From: Candidatus Krumholzibacteriia bacterium
GTDB taxonomy: Bacteria; Krumholzibacteriota; Krumholzibacteriia; JAJRXK01
NCBI GenBank assembly: GCA_041484665.1
Contig: JBGPIA010000001.1
Coordinates: forward strand, 288,001 to 352,000
Length of the DNA: 64,000 nt
Direction of reading: 5' to 3'
Every line of letters begins with the position of its first letter. The first letter of the stretch is position 1. A model generated the notes under the pieces. That model was not told the DNA's origin and did no database searches. It saw only the letters and a list, made by a program, of their open reading frames with translations. Positions 28,867 through 38,162 of the stretch are shown here, in pieces. The translations under genes and the position numbers were made by a program.

Positions 28867-30846
28867 ATGCTAGGCTGCCTGCGCCCGCTTGCCGCCGTGG
28901 AGGACGCCGCGTTGGCCTCCCAGGAAGACGATCTCCCGTTTGCCGGCGAATACGTCGACTTCGCCCAGCTCAGCAAGGACGAGCTGCAGGCGAAGATGTT
29001 CGAGTTGCTCACGCTGGTGGAGACCAGCCGTGAGCTGCTGCGCGCACGCGACCCCGAGGAGGTGGCGCGCAGCGTGCTCCTCTCGGTGATCGGAGTGCTG
29101 GGCGCGGGATCGGCATGCGTGCTGCGCTTCGATCCGTCCACCGAGCGCCTGGAGCTGCTGCAACAATTCGGTCTGGACGTCTCCGGGCCGGTCGAGGCGC
29201 ACCTCCCGGTGACGGTGGCGGAGGAGTTCGTCGAGGCGGAGGTGCCGCTGCCATTCCGCGCCGACGAGGATCTCGCGAGCGGTCCCGCGCGCACGTTCCT
29301 GCGGCGCTGCGGCGACGCGCTAGCGCCGCTGGGCGCGGAAGTGATCTGCCCGCTTCCCGGGCGCCGCGGGCTCTTCGGCTTCCTGGTGCTCGGCCATCGG
29401 CTGCTCGCCGCCGGCTACTCGGCGCGCGACCTCGAGATGTTCGCCAATCTGGCCGAGCTCTACGTACTGGCGCTGGAGCGCGCCGCCGTGCCGTTCGCCG
29501 CGCCCGAGGCCGCGCGGCCGGAGCCGCCCCAGGTCCAGATGGCCCTGGCCGAGCTGCGCGAGCGCTACCCACCGCTGCAGCAGATCCTGGGCGACTCCAA
29601 CGCCATCTACCAGCTCTTCCGCGACATGGTGGAGCTGGCCGACAGCCGCGCCACCGTCCTGATCCAGGGCGAGAGCGGTACGGGCAAGGAGCTCGTCGCG
29701 CGCGCGATCCACGCCTCGAGCCCCCGGCGCAACGGGCCCTTCGAGGTCGTGGATTGCTCGTCGATCCCCCGCGAGCTGATCGAGAGCGAGCTGTTCGGCC
29801 ACGTGCGCGGCGCCTTCACCGGGGCCGTGCGCGATCGTCGCGGGGCCTTCGACCTCGCCCATCACGGCACGATCTTCCTCGACGAGATCGGCGAGATGAC
29901 CCTCGCCAGCCAGACGCGACTGCTGCGCGTGCTGCAGGAGGGGAAGTTCCGGCCGGTGGGCGGCGAGACCGTGCACAGCGTGGACGTGCGCGTGATCGCC
30001 GCAACCAATGTGGACCTACGTGAGGCGGTGGCGCGCGGCGAGTTCCGCATCGACCTCTTCTATCGGATCTGCGTCTATCCGCTGCGCCTGCCGCCGCTGC
30101 GGGCGCGCGCGGGCGATATCCGGCTGCTCAGCGCTGCGTTCCTGAAGCGCTTCTACGCGGACTACGGCCTCCGGGAACCCGCCATCGACCCCCGTGTGAT
30201 CGAGGCGCTCGAGCTCCACCCGTTCCCAGGCAACGTGCGCGAGCTGCAGAACATCGTGGAGGCGCTGGCCATCCGCAGCCGAGGCCACCAGCGCGTCACG
30301 ATGAGTCAGCTCAACGAAGTGTTCCGCAGCCAGCGCATCCACGCCGAGCCGCTCAAGGCACCCCCCGAGGCCGGGCCCGGCCCCGGGCTCGAGGAGGTCC
30401 CTGCCGCCCCCGGCCGGGCCGGTGCGGGATCTCCCGCCACAGGTGGGGCTGCGCCGTCCGTCGGTGAGCGCCTGCTCGCCGCGTGGCGCAGCACACGCTT
30501 CAACCTGTTGGAGGCCAGCCGGCTGCTGAGTGCCGGCCGGAAGGAAGGCGAGGGTGTGGCTGTCGCGGACCGCGCGCAGCTGACCCACTATCTCGACGGC
30601 GAGATCCTGAAGGCGTTCGTGCACTCCGGCAGCTTGGAAGCGACCGTGGACGCGCTGGCGGCCGGAGCCAAACCCCGCGAGCGGGCGGAGCGCAAGGTCG
30701 CGCGGGTGGTCGGCCGGCTGCTGGCCACGCTGGAGTCGGCGGAGCCAGGCCAAGGGTTCCCGCGGCTGCCACGCGAGTACCGCGGCGCACTGGATGCGCT
30801 GGAGAACAAGGGGGCCGACTGGGTCCGCGCGTCGATGCGGCGCTGA
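28867..30846 (+). CDS. Sigma54-dependent enhancer-binding activator with N-terminal GAF-like domain
   Basis: [49 protein letters not shown]. Start could be ATG 28867 or GTG 28897. Confidence 0.92.
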   Translation: MLGCLRPLAAVEDAALASQEDDLPFAGEYVDFAQLSKDELQAKMFELLTLVETSRELLRARDPEEVARSVLLSVIGVLGAGSACVLRFDPSTERLELLQQFGLDVSGPVEAHLPVTVAEEFVEAEVPLPFRADEDLASGPARTFLRRCGDALAPLGAEVICPLPGRRGLFGFLVLGHRLLAAGYSARDLEMFANLAELYVLALERAAVPFAAPEAARPEPPQVQMALAELRERYPPLQQILGDSNAIYQLFRDMVELADSRATVLIQGESGTGKELVARAIHASSPRRNGPFEVVDCSSIPRELIESELFGHVRGAFTGAVRDRRGAFDLAHHGTIFLDEIGEMTLASQTRLLRVLQEGKFRPVGGETVHSVDVRVIAATNVDLREAVARGEFRIDLFYRICVYPLRLPPLRARAGDIRLLSAAFLKRFYADYGLREPAIDPRVIEALELHPFPGNVRELQNIVEALAIRSRGHQRVTMSQLNEVFRSQRIHAEPLKAPPEAGPGPGLEEVPAAPGRAGAGSPATGGAAPSVGERLLAAWRSTRFNLLEASRLLSAGRKEGEGVAVADRAQLTHYLDGEILKAFVHSGSLEATVDALAAGAKPRERAERKVARVVGRLLATLESAEPGQGFPRLPREYRGALDALENKGADWVRASMRR

Positions 30847-30854
30847 GCCGTCCG

Positions 30855-30893
30855 GAAAAAATAGAGAAGGGGCGCCTCTCGCCAAGGCGCCCC
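30855..30893 (-). terminator. Intrinsic terminator of the candidate ncRNA
   Basis: Minus strand reads GGGGCGCC-TTGGCGAGA-GGCGCCCC-TTCTCTATTTTTT. Confidence 0.75.
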
Positions 30894-31259
30894 CATCAGT
30901 TCTGGCAACCGAAAGGTATTGGGGACCCTTCGATCAGCAAGCGGCCTCTCGCCAAAGCCGCTCGCCTTCGTTGCCAGAGAGGGTTCCTGCGCCCCTGGCG
31001 GGGCGCGTGCGAGAGCTCTCGCCAAACTCCCGGGAACCCAAGCCTTGTGAAGGACCGTCCCTGATCGCCTTTTGCACCGCGCCCGTGTGGGGCACTCTCC
31101 ACGGCCTCGAAGACGTCGCAGTGAGGCGACCGTGGGAGCGCGCGACCCAGAATGGCGCTCAGGTCCGATCTCTCTACCCGCCGGGCGGCCCCCGCTGGGT
31201 CCGGCCGGCTTCGCCGACGAGCGCCGCGACCTTGGATCGCGCTCTCGACAGCGTGGCAG
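30855..31259 (-). ncRNA. Candidate sigma54-dependent structured ncRNA with three UUGGCGAGAG hairpin motifs
   Basis: Perfect -24/-12 promoter upstream; three motif hairpins at 70-nt period; nested stems with G-U pairs on the minus strand; terminal hairpin plus U-rich tail; no credible ORF. Confidence 0.7.
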
Positions 31260-31270
31260 TCTTGGCCAAG

Positions 31271-31285
31271 GCAAGCATGGTGCCA
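31271..31285 (-). promoter_or_regulatory. Sigma54 (-24/-12) promoter
   Basis: Minus strand TGGCAC-CATGC-TTGC, an exact match to the TGGCAC-N5-TTGC consensus. Confidence 0.8.
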
Positions 31286-31310
31286 GCGGCGACGTCCGGG
31301 GGACGAATCG

Positions 31311-31435
31311 ATATAACATATTGAAAATAAAAGAGTTGATTGTTTCTCGACTGCGCCGCTCCCGTTGATTTTGTTGTCTGTCTTTGTTGTTATGACCACA
31401 CTATCTGACTCGAATATGCTGTATGACAACAATTA
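31311..31435. promoter_or_regulatory. AT-rich control region: IHF-like sites and candidate activator-binding repeats
   Basis: TAACATATTGAAA (31314-31326) and AAAAGAGTTGATT (31329-31341) each match WATCAANNNNTTR with one mismatch on the minus strand. TTGTTGTTAT-N29-ATGACAACAA inverted repeat (31384-31432) plus TTGTTGTC at 31371. Confidence 0.55.
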
Positions 31436-31529
31436 GTGTTGCTCGAGGGTGCACCCCACCGTTTCCAAGCAAATGCCGAGATCACCCGGTCATCGCCCGA
31501 ACTCTCGGTCCCTGGTAGACTCCCGCGCG

Positions 31530-32903
31530 ATGTCGGCGGTCCGCACGCTCTGGGTCGGTGCCGAGGCGCTCGTCACGATGGCGCCGGCGGGCACCGTGAT
31601 CCGCGGGGGTTACCTGCGGACCGAGGGGCACCGCGTCGTCGAAACCGGCCCGGGCACCCCGGCCCCCGCGCGCGACGAGGTCGTGCGCCGCCTCGATGGG
31701 TGCGTCGTGGTGCCGGGCCTCGTCAACACGCACCACCACCTCTGCCAGAACCTGACGCGCGCCTACGGGCCGGCCGCCAACGCGAAGCTGTTCGACTGGC
31801 TCGTCGCCCTGTACCCGGTGTGGGCCGGATTCGATCCGCAGAACCTCGCGCTGGCGGCACAGGTGGGCTTTGCGGAGCTGCTGCTGTCGGGCTGCACGAC
31901 GACCAGCGACCATCACTATCTCTTCCCCCGCGGCGCTCCCCCGGATCTGCTGGACGCCACCATCCACGCGGCGCGCGATCTGGGCATCCGTTTCCACGTT
32001 ACGCGCGGCTCGATGAGCGTGGGTGAATCGCAGGGAGGGTTGCCCCCCGACCGCTGCACGCAGGACGAGCAGGACGTCTTGCGCGACTGCCAGCGCGTCG
32101 TCGAGACCTGGCACGACCCGCAACCCTATGCGATGCTGCGCGTCGCACTCGCCCCCTGCAGCCCGTTCTCCGTGAGCGCCGACCTCATGCGCGAAACGGC
32201 GCTGCTCGCCCGCGCGCACGGCGTGCGCCTGCACACGCACCTAGCCGAAACCCTCGACGAGGAGCGCTACTGCCTGGAGCGTTTCGCCCGGCGCCCAGTC
32301 GACTTCCTGGAGGACGTGGGCTGGATGGGCGACGACGTGTGGCTCGCCCACGGGATCCACTTCAGCGACGCCGAGGTGGCGCGCCTGGGCAGACGCCGCA
32401 TCGGGATCGCCCACTGCCCCACCAGCAACATGCGCCTGGGCTCAGGGATCTGCCGCGTGGCCGATCTGCGCGCCGCCGGCAGCCCGGTGGGCCTGGGCGT
32501 CGACGGCAGCGCGAGCAACGACACCGGCCATGCGCTCCACGAGGTGCGCCAGGCGCTCTACCTGCGCCGGCTGGTGGGCGGCGCGTCGGCCATGACCGTG
32601 CTGGAGGCCCTGGAGCTGGCGACCCGCGGGGGCGCTGCGTGCCTGGGGCGCGACGACATCGGTTGGCTGGGGCCGGGCGCGGCGGCCGACTTCGCGGTGT
32701 TTGACCGGTTGGCCGACATCGCACTCAGCGGCGCCCACGACCCGGTCGCGGCGCTGCTGCTGTGCGGGCCGCTGCGGGCACGCACCGTCGTGGTCAACGG
32801 CCGCGTCGTGGTGGACGAGGGCGAGCTGCTCACCGTCGACCTGCCGACGTTGCTGCCGCGCCATCGCGAGGCGGCACAGAAGCTCGTGGAGGCAGCACGG
32901 TAG
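31530..32903 (+). CDS. 8-oxoguanine deaminase-like amidohydrolase
   Basis: PGLVNTHHHLCQNLTRA, SDHHYLFP, RGSMS, APCSPFSVS, HTHLAET, AHCPTSNMRLGSG, GVDGSASND. Confidence 0.88.
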   Translation: MSAVRTLWVGAEALVTMAPAGTVIRGGYLRTEGHRVVETGPGTPAPARDEVVRRLDGCVVVPGLVNTHHHLCQNLTRAYGPAANAKLFDWLVALYPVWAGFDPQNLALAAQVGFAELLLSGCTTTSDHHYLFPRGAPPDLLDATIHAARDLGIRFHVTRGSMSVGESQGGLPPDRCTQDEQDVLRDCQRVVETWHDPQPYAMLRVALAPCSPFSVSADLMRETALLARAHGVRLHTHLAETLDEERYCLERFARRPVDFLEDVGWMGDDVWLAHGIHFSDAEVARLGRRRIGIAHCPTSNMRLGSGICRVADLRAAGSPVGLGVDGSASNDTGHALHEVRQALYLRRLVGGASAMTVLEALELATRGGAACLGRDDIGWLGPGAAADFAVFDRLADIALSGAHDPVAALLLCGPLRARTVVVNGRVVVDEGELLTVDLPTLLPRHREAAQKLVEAAR

Positions 32904-32970
32904 AAGCGCGCCCACCGTCGCGGCAAGGCGCTCCGAGCCCTGCCCGTCCCACTTGGCGCCGCGGGGGATG

Positions 32971-33477
32971 TCAGTAGTCGAGCCCGTTGGGGCGCACGTG
33001 TACCGTCGGATCGCCCGAGCGCGCCTGCACCGCTCGCGTCACCTCGCCCAGCACGATGACGTGGTCGCCGGAGAGCATCGCGCGCAGCGTGACGCATTCC
33101 AGCCAGGCGAGGCAGCCGCGCACGACGGCCAACCCCCCCGGCGTGCGATCGACCGCAAGCGCATCGAGGGCGCCCGGATCGGCCCCGACCGGCTTGAAGA
33201 ATGGCCCCAGCTTCCTGCGCTCGTCGGCACCGATCACGCTGATCGCAAAGCGCGCGCCCGCCGGCTCCATGAAGGCCCGCGCCGGTCGCGTCTGCCCGAC
33301 GCCGACCGTGACCGCCGGCGGTGCGAAGCCCGCCTGCATGACCCACGAGGCGAGGAAGGAGGTCTCCTCCTCGCCGCGGCGCGCGGTCACGACGAAGAGC
33401 CCCGACGGGATGCGGCCCAGGGCCTTGGCCACTGCGTCGACCTTCGCTGGGTCGTTGCGGCCGGTCATCTCGCTCAC
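32971..33477 (-). CDS. Flavin reductase family protein
   Basis: ALGRIPSGLFVVT, ASWVMQAGFAPP, AWLEC, GDHVIVLGEV, VHVRPNGLDY. Confidence 0.87.
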   Translation of the reverse strand: MSEMTGRNDPAKVDAVAKALGRIPSGLFVVTARRGEEETSFLASWVMQAGFAPPAVTVGVGQTRPARAFMEPAGARFAISVIGADERRKLGPFFKPVGADPGALDALAVDRTPGGLAVVRGCLAWLECVTLRAMLSGDHVIVLGEVTRAVQARSGDPTVHVRPNGLDY

Positions 33478-33590
33478 GTCTGCAGTCCTTCCCCTGGGAG
33501 CGCGGTCCAAAGACTCACAGCCGGAGCATAGCGCAATCGGCGCTGGGCTTCCTAGGCTGAGCGGCGTGGCTTCCCGCGTGGATGCGGCGC

Positions 33591-34706
33591 CTACGGTCCC
33601 CGCTGCGGCGGCTGCAGCCCCGGATGCGAAAGCAACAGCTCCGCGGCCCGCGCGATCGTGAAGCGCTCGTCGACGCGGCGGCGTCCCGCCTCGCCCAGCG
33701 CCCGCGCGAGCGCCGGATCGTCGAGGGCCTGCGCCACGGCGCGCGCCAGGGCCACGACATCATCGACCGGGACCAACCAACCGGTGCGCCCGTGCTCGAC
33801 GGCCTCGGGCGTGCCGCCGGTCGCGGTGGCCACCACCGGCCGTCCCAGCGCCAGCGCCTCCAGCACCGTGTTCGGCAGCGCTTCCCAGCGGCTGGGTTGC
33901 ACCACGACGTCGGCGCGGGCCATCAGCGCCGGTACGTCGTCGCGGCGCCCCAGCAGCTCGCAGGCGATGCCGCGCTCCCGCGCGAGCGCACGCAGGCGTA
34001 CGTCGCGTGGCCCCGTGCCGGCGAGCCACACACGCAGATCGGGCCGCCGCAGATGCGCGGCCGCCTCGATCACCAACTCCTGTCCCTTGTTGTGGTCGAG
34101 GCGGCCCACGCTGAGCAGCACGCGCCCGCCGGGGGGGGTGGGCGGGACACTCGAGGTTGGGCCGCCCGCGGCGCGGGTGCGGAAGCCGTCGGCGTCGATG
34201 CCGTTGGGGACCACCGCGATGCGGCCGGCGGGCACGTGCAGATAGCTGCGCAAGTACTCGCCGACGAACGCCGACACCGGGAGCACCGCGTCAAAGCGGC
34301 GGTACGCCCATGCCGCGAGCAGGCGGTAGAGCGCGCGCCGCGGCCGTGACGGCACCTCGAGGCGGAAGATGTTGTGAACGCTGCTCGCGCGGCGAAACGG
34401 CGTGCGTGCGCCCAGCATGGCTACCGCCACGTCGGCGCGCAGCATGTGGCTATGGACGAGATCGGGCTGCCACTGCCGGGCGAAGGCCAGCAGCTCCGCT
34501 CGTGCCGCGCGCAGCGGCCCGCGCAGCGGCAGCCGCAGGGTCGTCACGCCGTGCGCGCGCAGGGCGTCGAACCGGTCGGTGTAGGGGCCTTCGGGGCTGG
34601 CCAGCGCCACGACGTGCCCGCGGCGCGCGAGCGCGGCGGCCAGGAGCGCCGTGTTCTCCTCGGCGCCGCCGACGGTCGCGGAATCGATGACCTCCAGGAT
34701 GCGCAC
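33591..34706 (-). CDS. Glycosyltransferase family 4
   Basis: GGAE, VHSH, VVPNGID, VGRLDHNKG, PSRWEALPNTVLEA. Confidence 0.9.
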   Translation of the reverse strand: MRILEVIDSATVGGAEENTALLAAALARRGHVVALASPEGPYTDRFDALRAHGVTTLRLPLRGPLRAARAELLAFARQWQPDLVHSHMLRADVAVAMLGARTPFRRASSVHNIFRLEVPSRPRRALYRLLAAWAYRRFDAVLPVSAFVGEYLRSYLHVPAGRIAVVPNGIDADGFRTRAAGGPTSSVPPTPPGGRVLLSVGRLDHNKGQELVIEAAAHLRRPDLRVWLAGTGPRDVRLRALARERGIACELLGRRDDVPALMARADVVVQPSRWEALPNTVLEALALGRPVVATATGGTPEAVEHGRTGWLVPVDDVVALARAVAQALDDPALARALGEAGRRRVDERFTIARAAELLLSHPGLQPPQRGP

Positions 34707-34712
34707 GGAGGC

Positions 34713-35531
34713 TCAGCTCTCGTTGCCGCGTCCGGATCCCGGCCCGGATGCCGGCGCGCCGGTGGAGGTCGAGGTCGTGCTCGCCGGACCCGTTGGCCGG
34801 GCGCCCGGCGCGCCCGCCGCCCCGCCCTCACCTAGCGCGCGCAGCAGGAACGCGGCCGCCTCGGGCGCCTTACTGGCGAGGCGGTAGTTGCGGTCGCTGA
34901 GCACCCAGTTGGTGGCCAGCTCGTCGAGCACGCCGAACACGAGCTTGGCGGCCTCCAGGGGCGGGAGGTCTGGCGCGAAGCGCTCGGCCCCCTGGCCGCG
35001 CGCGACGATGCCGGCGATGAGCTCCAGGTAGCCACGTAGCGTCCCGCGGCTCACCTCGCTGAGGAACTGCAGGCTGTGTCGCAGGTCGATCTGGAAGACC
35101 ACCGCGAGGTCGCGATCTTCCCCCAGCAGCTCCAGGTGCAGCTCGATCAGGCGCTGCAGCTGGTGCACCGGATCGTCGTCCTCCCACAGCCGCGCCTCGC
35201 CGCGCGCCGAGAATCGCTCCATCGCCGAGGCGAACACGGCGGCCAGCAGGTCGTTCTTGCTGTGGAAGTAGAGGTAGATCGTCCCGTCGGCGACCCCGGC
35301 GATGCGCGCCACGTCGCTCACCCGCGTGGCGTGGAAGCCCGCGGCGGCGAAGGCACGGATCGCGGCAGCCAGGATCCGCTCCCGTTTGTCCTGCCGCCGG
35401 GTGGCGCGGACGCGGCCGGTCACCGGGGGGCGGGCGCGCACCGCTGGAGCGGAGTGGGCGCCATCCGCCACCGTGCGGCGGGCCGGGCGAGCCCTCCCGC
35501 CGAAGGGACGGGCACGGGGCGTGCGAGGCAT
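34713..35531 (-). CDS. TetR-family regulator, Bacillus FadR(YsiA)-like
   Basis: ILAAAIRAFA..GFH, AGVADGTIYLYFHSKNDLL, VFQIDLRHS. Divergent from the fad operon; start uncertain. Confidence 0.87.
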   Translation of the reverse strand: MPRTPRARPFGGRARPARRTVADGAHSAPAVRARPPVTGRVRATRRQDKRERILAAAIRAFAAAGFHATRVSDVARIAGVADGTIYLYFHSKNDLLAAVFASAMERFSARGEARLWEDDDPVHQLQRLIELHLELLGEDRDLAVVFQIDLRHSLQFLSEVSRGTLRGYLELIAGIVARGQGAERFAPDLPPLEAAKLVFGVLDELATNWVLSDRNYRLASKAPEAAAFLLRALGEGGAAGAPGARPTGPASTTSTSTGAPASGPGSGRGNES

Positions 35532-35570
35532 TGTGGCCTCCGGGTGGAATCGTTGCGACCCACGTGGAAA

Positions 35571-35588
35571 TGAACGACCATTCATTCA
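35571..35588. promoter_or_regulatory. FadR(YsiA)-type operator
   Basis: TGAACGACCATTCATTCA, two mismatches from the TGAATGANTANTCATTCA box, between the divergent tetR and fadN. Confidence 0.7.
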
Positions 35589-35719
35589 TCCACGGCGGGC
35601 CGTCGGGACGCCACCGGCTGGAGATCGCGGCGCCTGAACCTTGCAACTTTGCCATCCTTAATGGTTTGCCACTACGGAGTCAAGGGCCAGCCGGCGGAGA
35701 CTGCCGCCGTATGCTCTGA

Positions 35720-38155
35720 ATGGGGACCCAGATGACCGACATCCGAGCGGACCGGGTCTTCCGGCGTGCCACGGTTCTGGGCGCCGGTGTCATGGGGCGA
35801 GCCATCGCCGCTCACCTGGTGAACGGCGGGCTGGACGTGCTGCTGCTCGACGTTGCCGCCACCGAGCCCATCCCCGCAGAAGCGCAGCGCGGCCTGACCG
35901 CGGGGGACCGAGCCGTCCGCGATCGCCTGGCGCGCGAGGCCATCGCCCAGCTCGCCCGGACGCGCCCCGCGCCGCTGTTCGCGCCCCGGCTGGCCGGCCG
36001 CATCGAGCCCGGCAACCTCGAGGACGACCTGCCGCGCATCGCCCAGTGCGATTGGGTGATCGAGGCGGTGGTCGAGCGACTCGACGTCAAGCGCGCGCTG
36101 TGGGCGCGCATCGACGCGCTCGCCGCGCCACGTCCCGTCTACTCTACGAATACCAGCGGCATCTCCATCGCCGCGCTGGCGGAGGGCCGCTCGCCGGAGT
36201 TCCAGCGTCGCTTCCTGGCGACCCACTTCTTCAATCCGCCGCGCTACATGCACCTGCTGGAGTTGGTCCCCTGCCCGCGCACGGATCTGGAGGTGCTGGA
36301 GGCGATCACCGCCTTCGCCGAGAGGCGCCTGGGCAAGGGCGTGATCCTGGCCAAGGACCGCCCCAACTTCATCGCCAATCGCATCGGCGCCTACGGCGTG
36401 ATGCGTGGCGTGCAGCTCATGCAGGAGCAGGGGCTCACCGTCGAGGCCGTCGACGCGCTGACCGGCCCGCTGATCGGACGTCCCAAGACGGCCACGTTCC
36501 GCACCTGCGACCTGGTCGGACTGGACATCGTCGTGCACGTGGCGCGCAACATCTGCGAGGCCGCGCCCAACGACCCCGAGATCGACGTCTTCGCCCCCGC
36601 TCCGGTACTCGAGCGCATGGTCGCCGAGCATAGGCTGGGCGACAAGACCAGCGCGGGTTTCTACCGCAAAATTGCGGGCCAAGGTGGCGAAAGCGTGATC
36701 GAGGCACTCGACCTGACGACCTTCACCTACCGGCCCAAGAAGAAAGAGCGCTTCCCGGAGATCGACGCGTTGCGCGCCAAGGACGACCTGGGAGAGCGCC
36801 TGAACGGTCTGTTCGACGCGAAGGGCGCAGGGGCCGCGTACGCGTGGGCAATCGTACGGGATTGCCTGCGCTACGCGGCCACTGTCGCCGCCGAGGTCGC
36901 AGACGACGTCGCGAGCATCGACCGCGCCATGCGCTGGGGCTACGGGTGGGACCTGGGTCCCTTCGAGCTGTGGGAGCGGCTCGGCCTCGCGCGGGTGGCT
37001 GCGCGCATGGAGCAGGAGGGCCGGCCCGCCCCGACGTGGGTGCTGGAGCACATCCGCAAGGGCGCGCCGTCGTTCTACCTGCGCGACGAGAGCGGCGCGC
37101 TGCGCACGCTGGCAGTGTCGGGCAGCGGCACCCACGCCCTCCCCGACCGGCCGGGAGTGCTCACGCTGCGTCCAGCCTCGACGGGCGTGCGCTGGATCGA
37201 AGGCAACAGCGGAGCCTCGCTGTGGGATCTCGGCCACGGTGCGCTGCTGCTGGAGTTCCACAGCAAGCTCAACACGCTGGGCGGCGATGCGGCGGCGATG
37301 GCCGGGCGGGCGGTGACCCGGGCCGAGGCGGAGTTCGCCGCGCTGGTGGTCGGCAACGAGGGCACCCACTTCTCGGCCGGCGCCAACCTCGCGCTGCTGA
37401 TGATGGCCGCCGTCGAGGGGGAGTTCGACGAGATCGACCTCATGGTGCGCCAGTTCCAGCAGATGACCATGGGCTTGCGCCGCTGCGCGCGGCCAGTGGT
37501 CGTCGCACCGTTCAGCCTGACCTTGGGCGGCGGCACCGAGGTCACGCTGCACGGCGACTCCGTCGTCGCCGCCGCCGAGCTGTACATGGGCCTGGTCGAG
37601 GTCGGCGTGGGGCTGATTCCCGCCGGCGGCGGCACCAAGGAACTCTACGTGCGCATGCTGGAGCGGCTGGGGCCGGGCGCTGATCCCAAGGAAGCCGCGC
37701 GGCTGGCCTTCGAGACGATCGGGATGGCGCGTGTCTCGGGCTGCGCGCAAGAGGCTCGCGAGCTGGGCCTGCTGCGCGAGGGCGATTCGATCGTGATGAG
37801 CCGCGATCAGCTGCTGGAGCGGGCGAAGACCGCGGCCCTGGAGTTGGCCGCGCGCGGTTACGTGCCACCGCCACCGCGCACGGCGATTCCCGTGGGTGGC
37901 GCGCAGACGTGGGCATTGCTGGAGATCGGCCTGCACAACCTGCTGGCGGCGCGGCGCATCACCGAGCACGACCGCACGATCGGCCGCAAGCTGGCGCGCA
38001 TCCTCAGTGGCGGCGACCTGCCTGGCGGCGAGACCGCCAGCGAGCAGCAGCTGCTCGATCTGGAGCGCGAGGCGTTCTTGTCGCTGTGCGGAGAGCGCAA
38101 GACGCTGGAGCGCGTCCAGCACATGCTCAAGACCGGCAAGCCGCTGCGGAACTGA
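35720..38155 (+). CDS. fadN: 3-hydroxyacyl-CoA dehydrogenase / enoyl-CoA hydratase family, FadN-type
   Basis: VLGAGVMG, EAVVERLDVK, STNTSG, HFFNPPRYM, NFIANRIG, FSAGANL, KTGKPLRN. Start may be ATG 35732. Confidence 0.9.
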   Translation: MGTQMTDIRADRVFRRATVLGAGVMGRAIAAHLVNGGLDVLLLDVAATEPIPAEAQRGLTAGDRAVRDRLAREAIAQLARTRPAPLFAPRLAGRIEPGNLEDDLPRIAQCDWVIEAVVERLDVKRALWARIDALAAPRPVYSTNTSGISIAALAEGRSPEFQRRFLATHFFNPPRYMHLLELVPCPRTDLEVLEAITAFAERRLGKGVILAKDRPNFIANRIGAYGVMRGVQLMQEQGLTVEAVDALTGPLIGRPKTATFRTCDLVGLDIVVHVARNICEAAPNDPEIDVFAPAPVLERMVAEHRLGDKTSAGFYRKIAGQGGESVIEALDLTTFTYRPKKKERFPEIDALRAKDDLGERLNGLFDAKGAGAAYAWAIVRDCLRYAATVAAEVADDVASIDRAMRWGYGWDLGPFELWERLGLARVAARMEQEGRPAPTWVLEHIRKGAPSFYLRDESGALRTLAVSGSGTHALPDRPGVLTLRPASTGVRWIEGNSGASLWDLGHGALLLEFHSKLNTLGGDAAAMAGRAVTRAEAEFAALVVGNEGTHFSAGANLALLMMAAVEGEFDEIDLMVRQFQQMTMGLRRCARPVVVAPFSLTLGGGTEVTLHGDSVVAAAELYMGLVEVGVGLIPAGGGTKELYVRMLERLGPGADPKEAARLAFETIGMARVSGCAQEARELGLLREGDSIVMSRDQLLERAKTAALELAARGYVPPPPRTAIPVGGAQTWALLEIGLHNLLAARRITEHDRTIGRKLARILSGGDLPGGETASEQQLLDLEREAFLSLCGERKTLERVQHMLKTGKPLRN

Positions 38156-38162
38156 GGCGAAC

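Noticed and set aside
30876..31026. 70-nt periodic repeat as a CRISPR array
   Set aside because: The conserved unit is only 10-11 nt, there are three copies, the flanks are variable self-complementary stems, and no cas genes are present. It fits a structured RNA better.
30896..31432. 178-aa minus-strand ORF and overlapping ORFs across the ncRNA candidate
   Set aside because: It starts in AT-rich regulatory DNA upstream of the sigma54 promoter, has no SD, and shows no protein-like composition or motifs.
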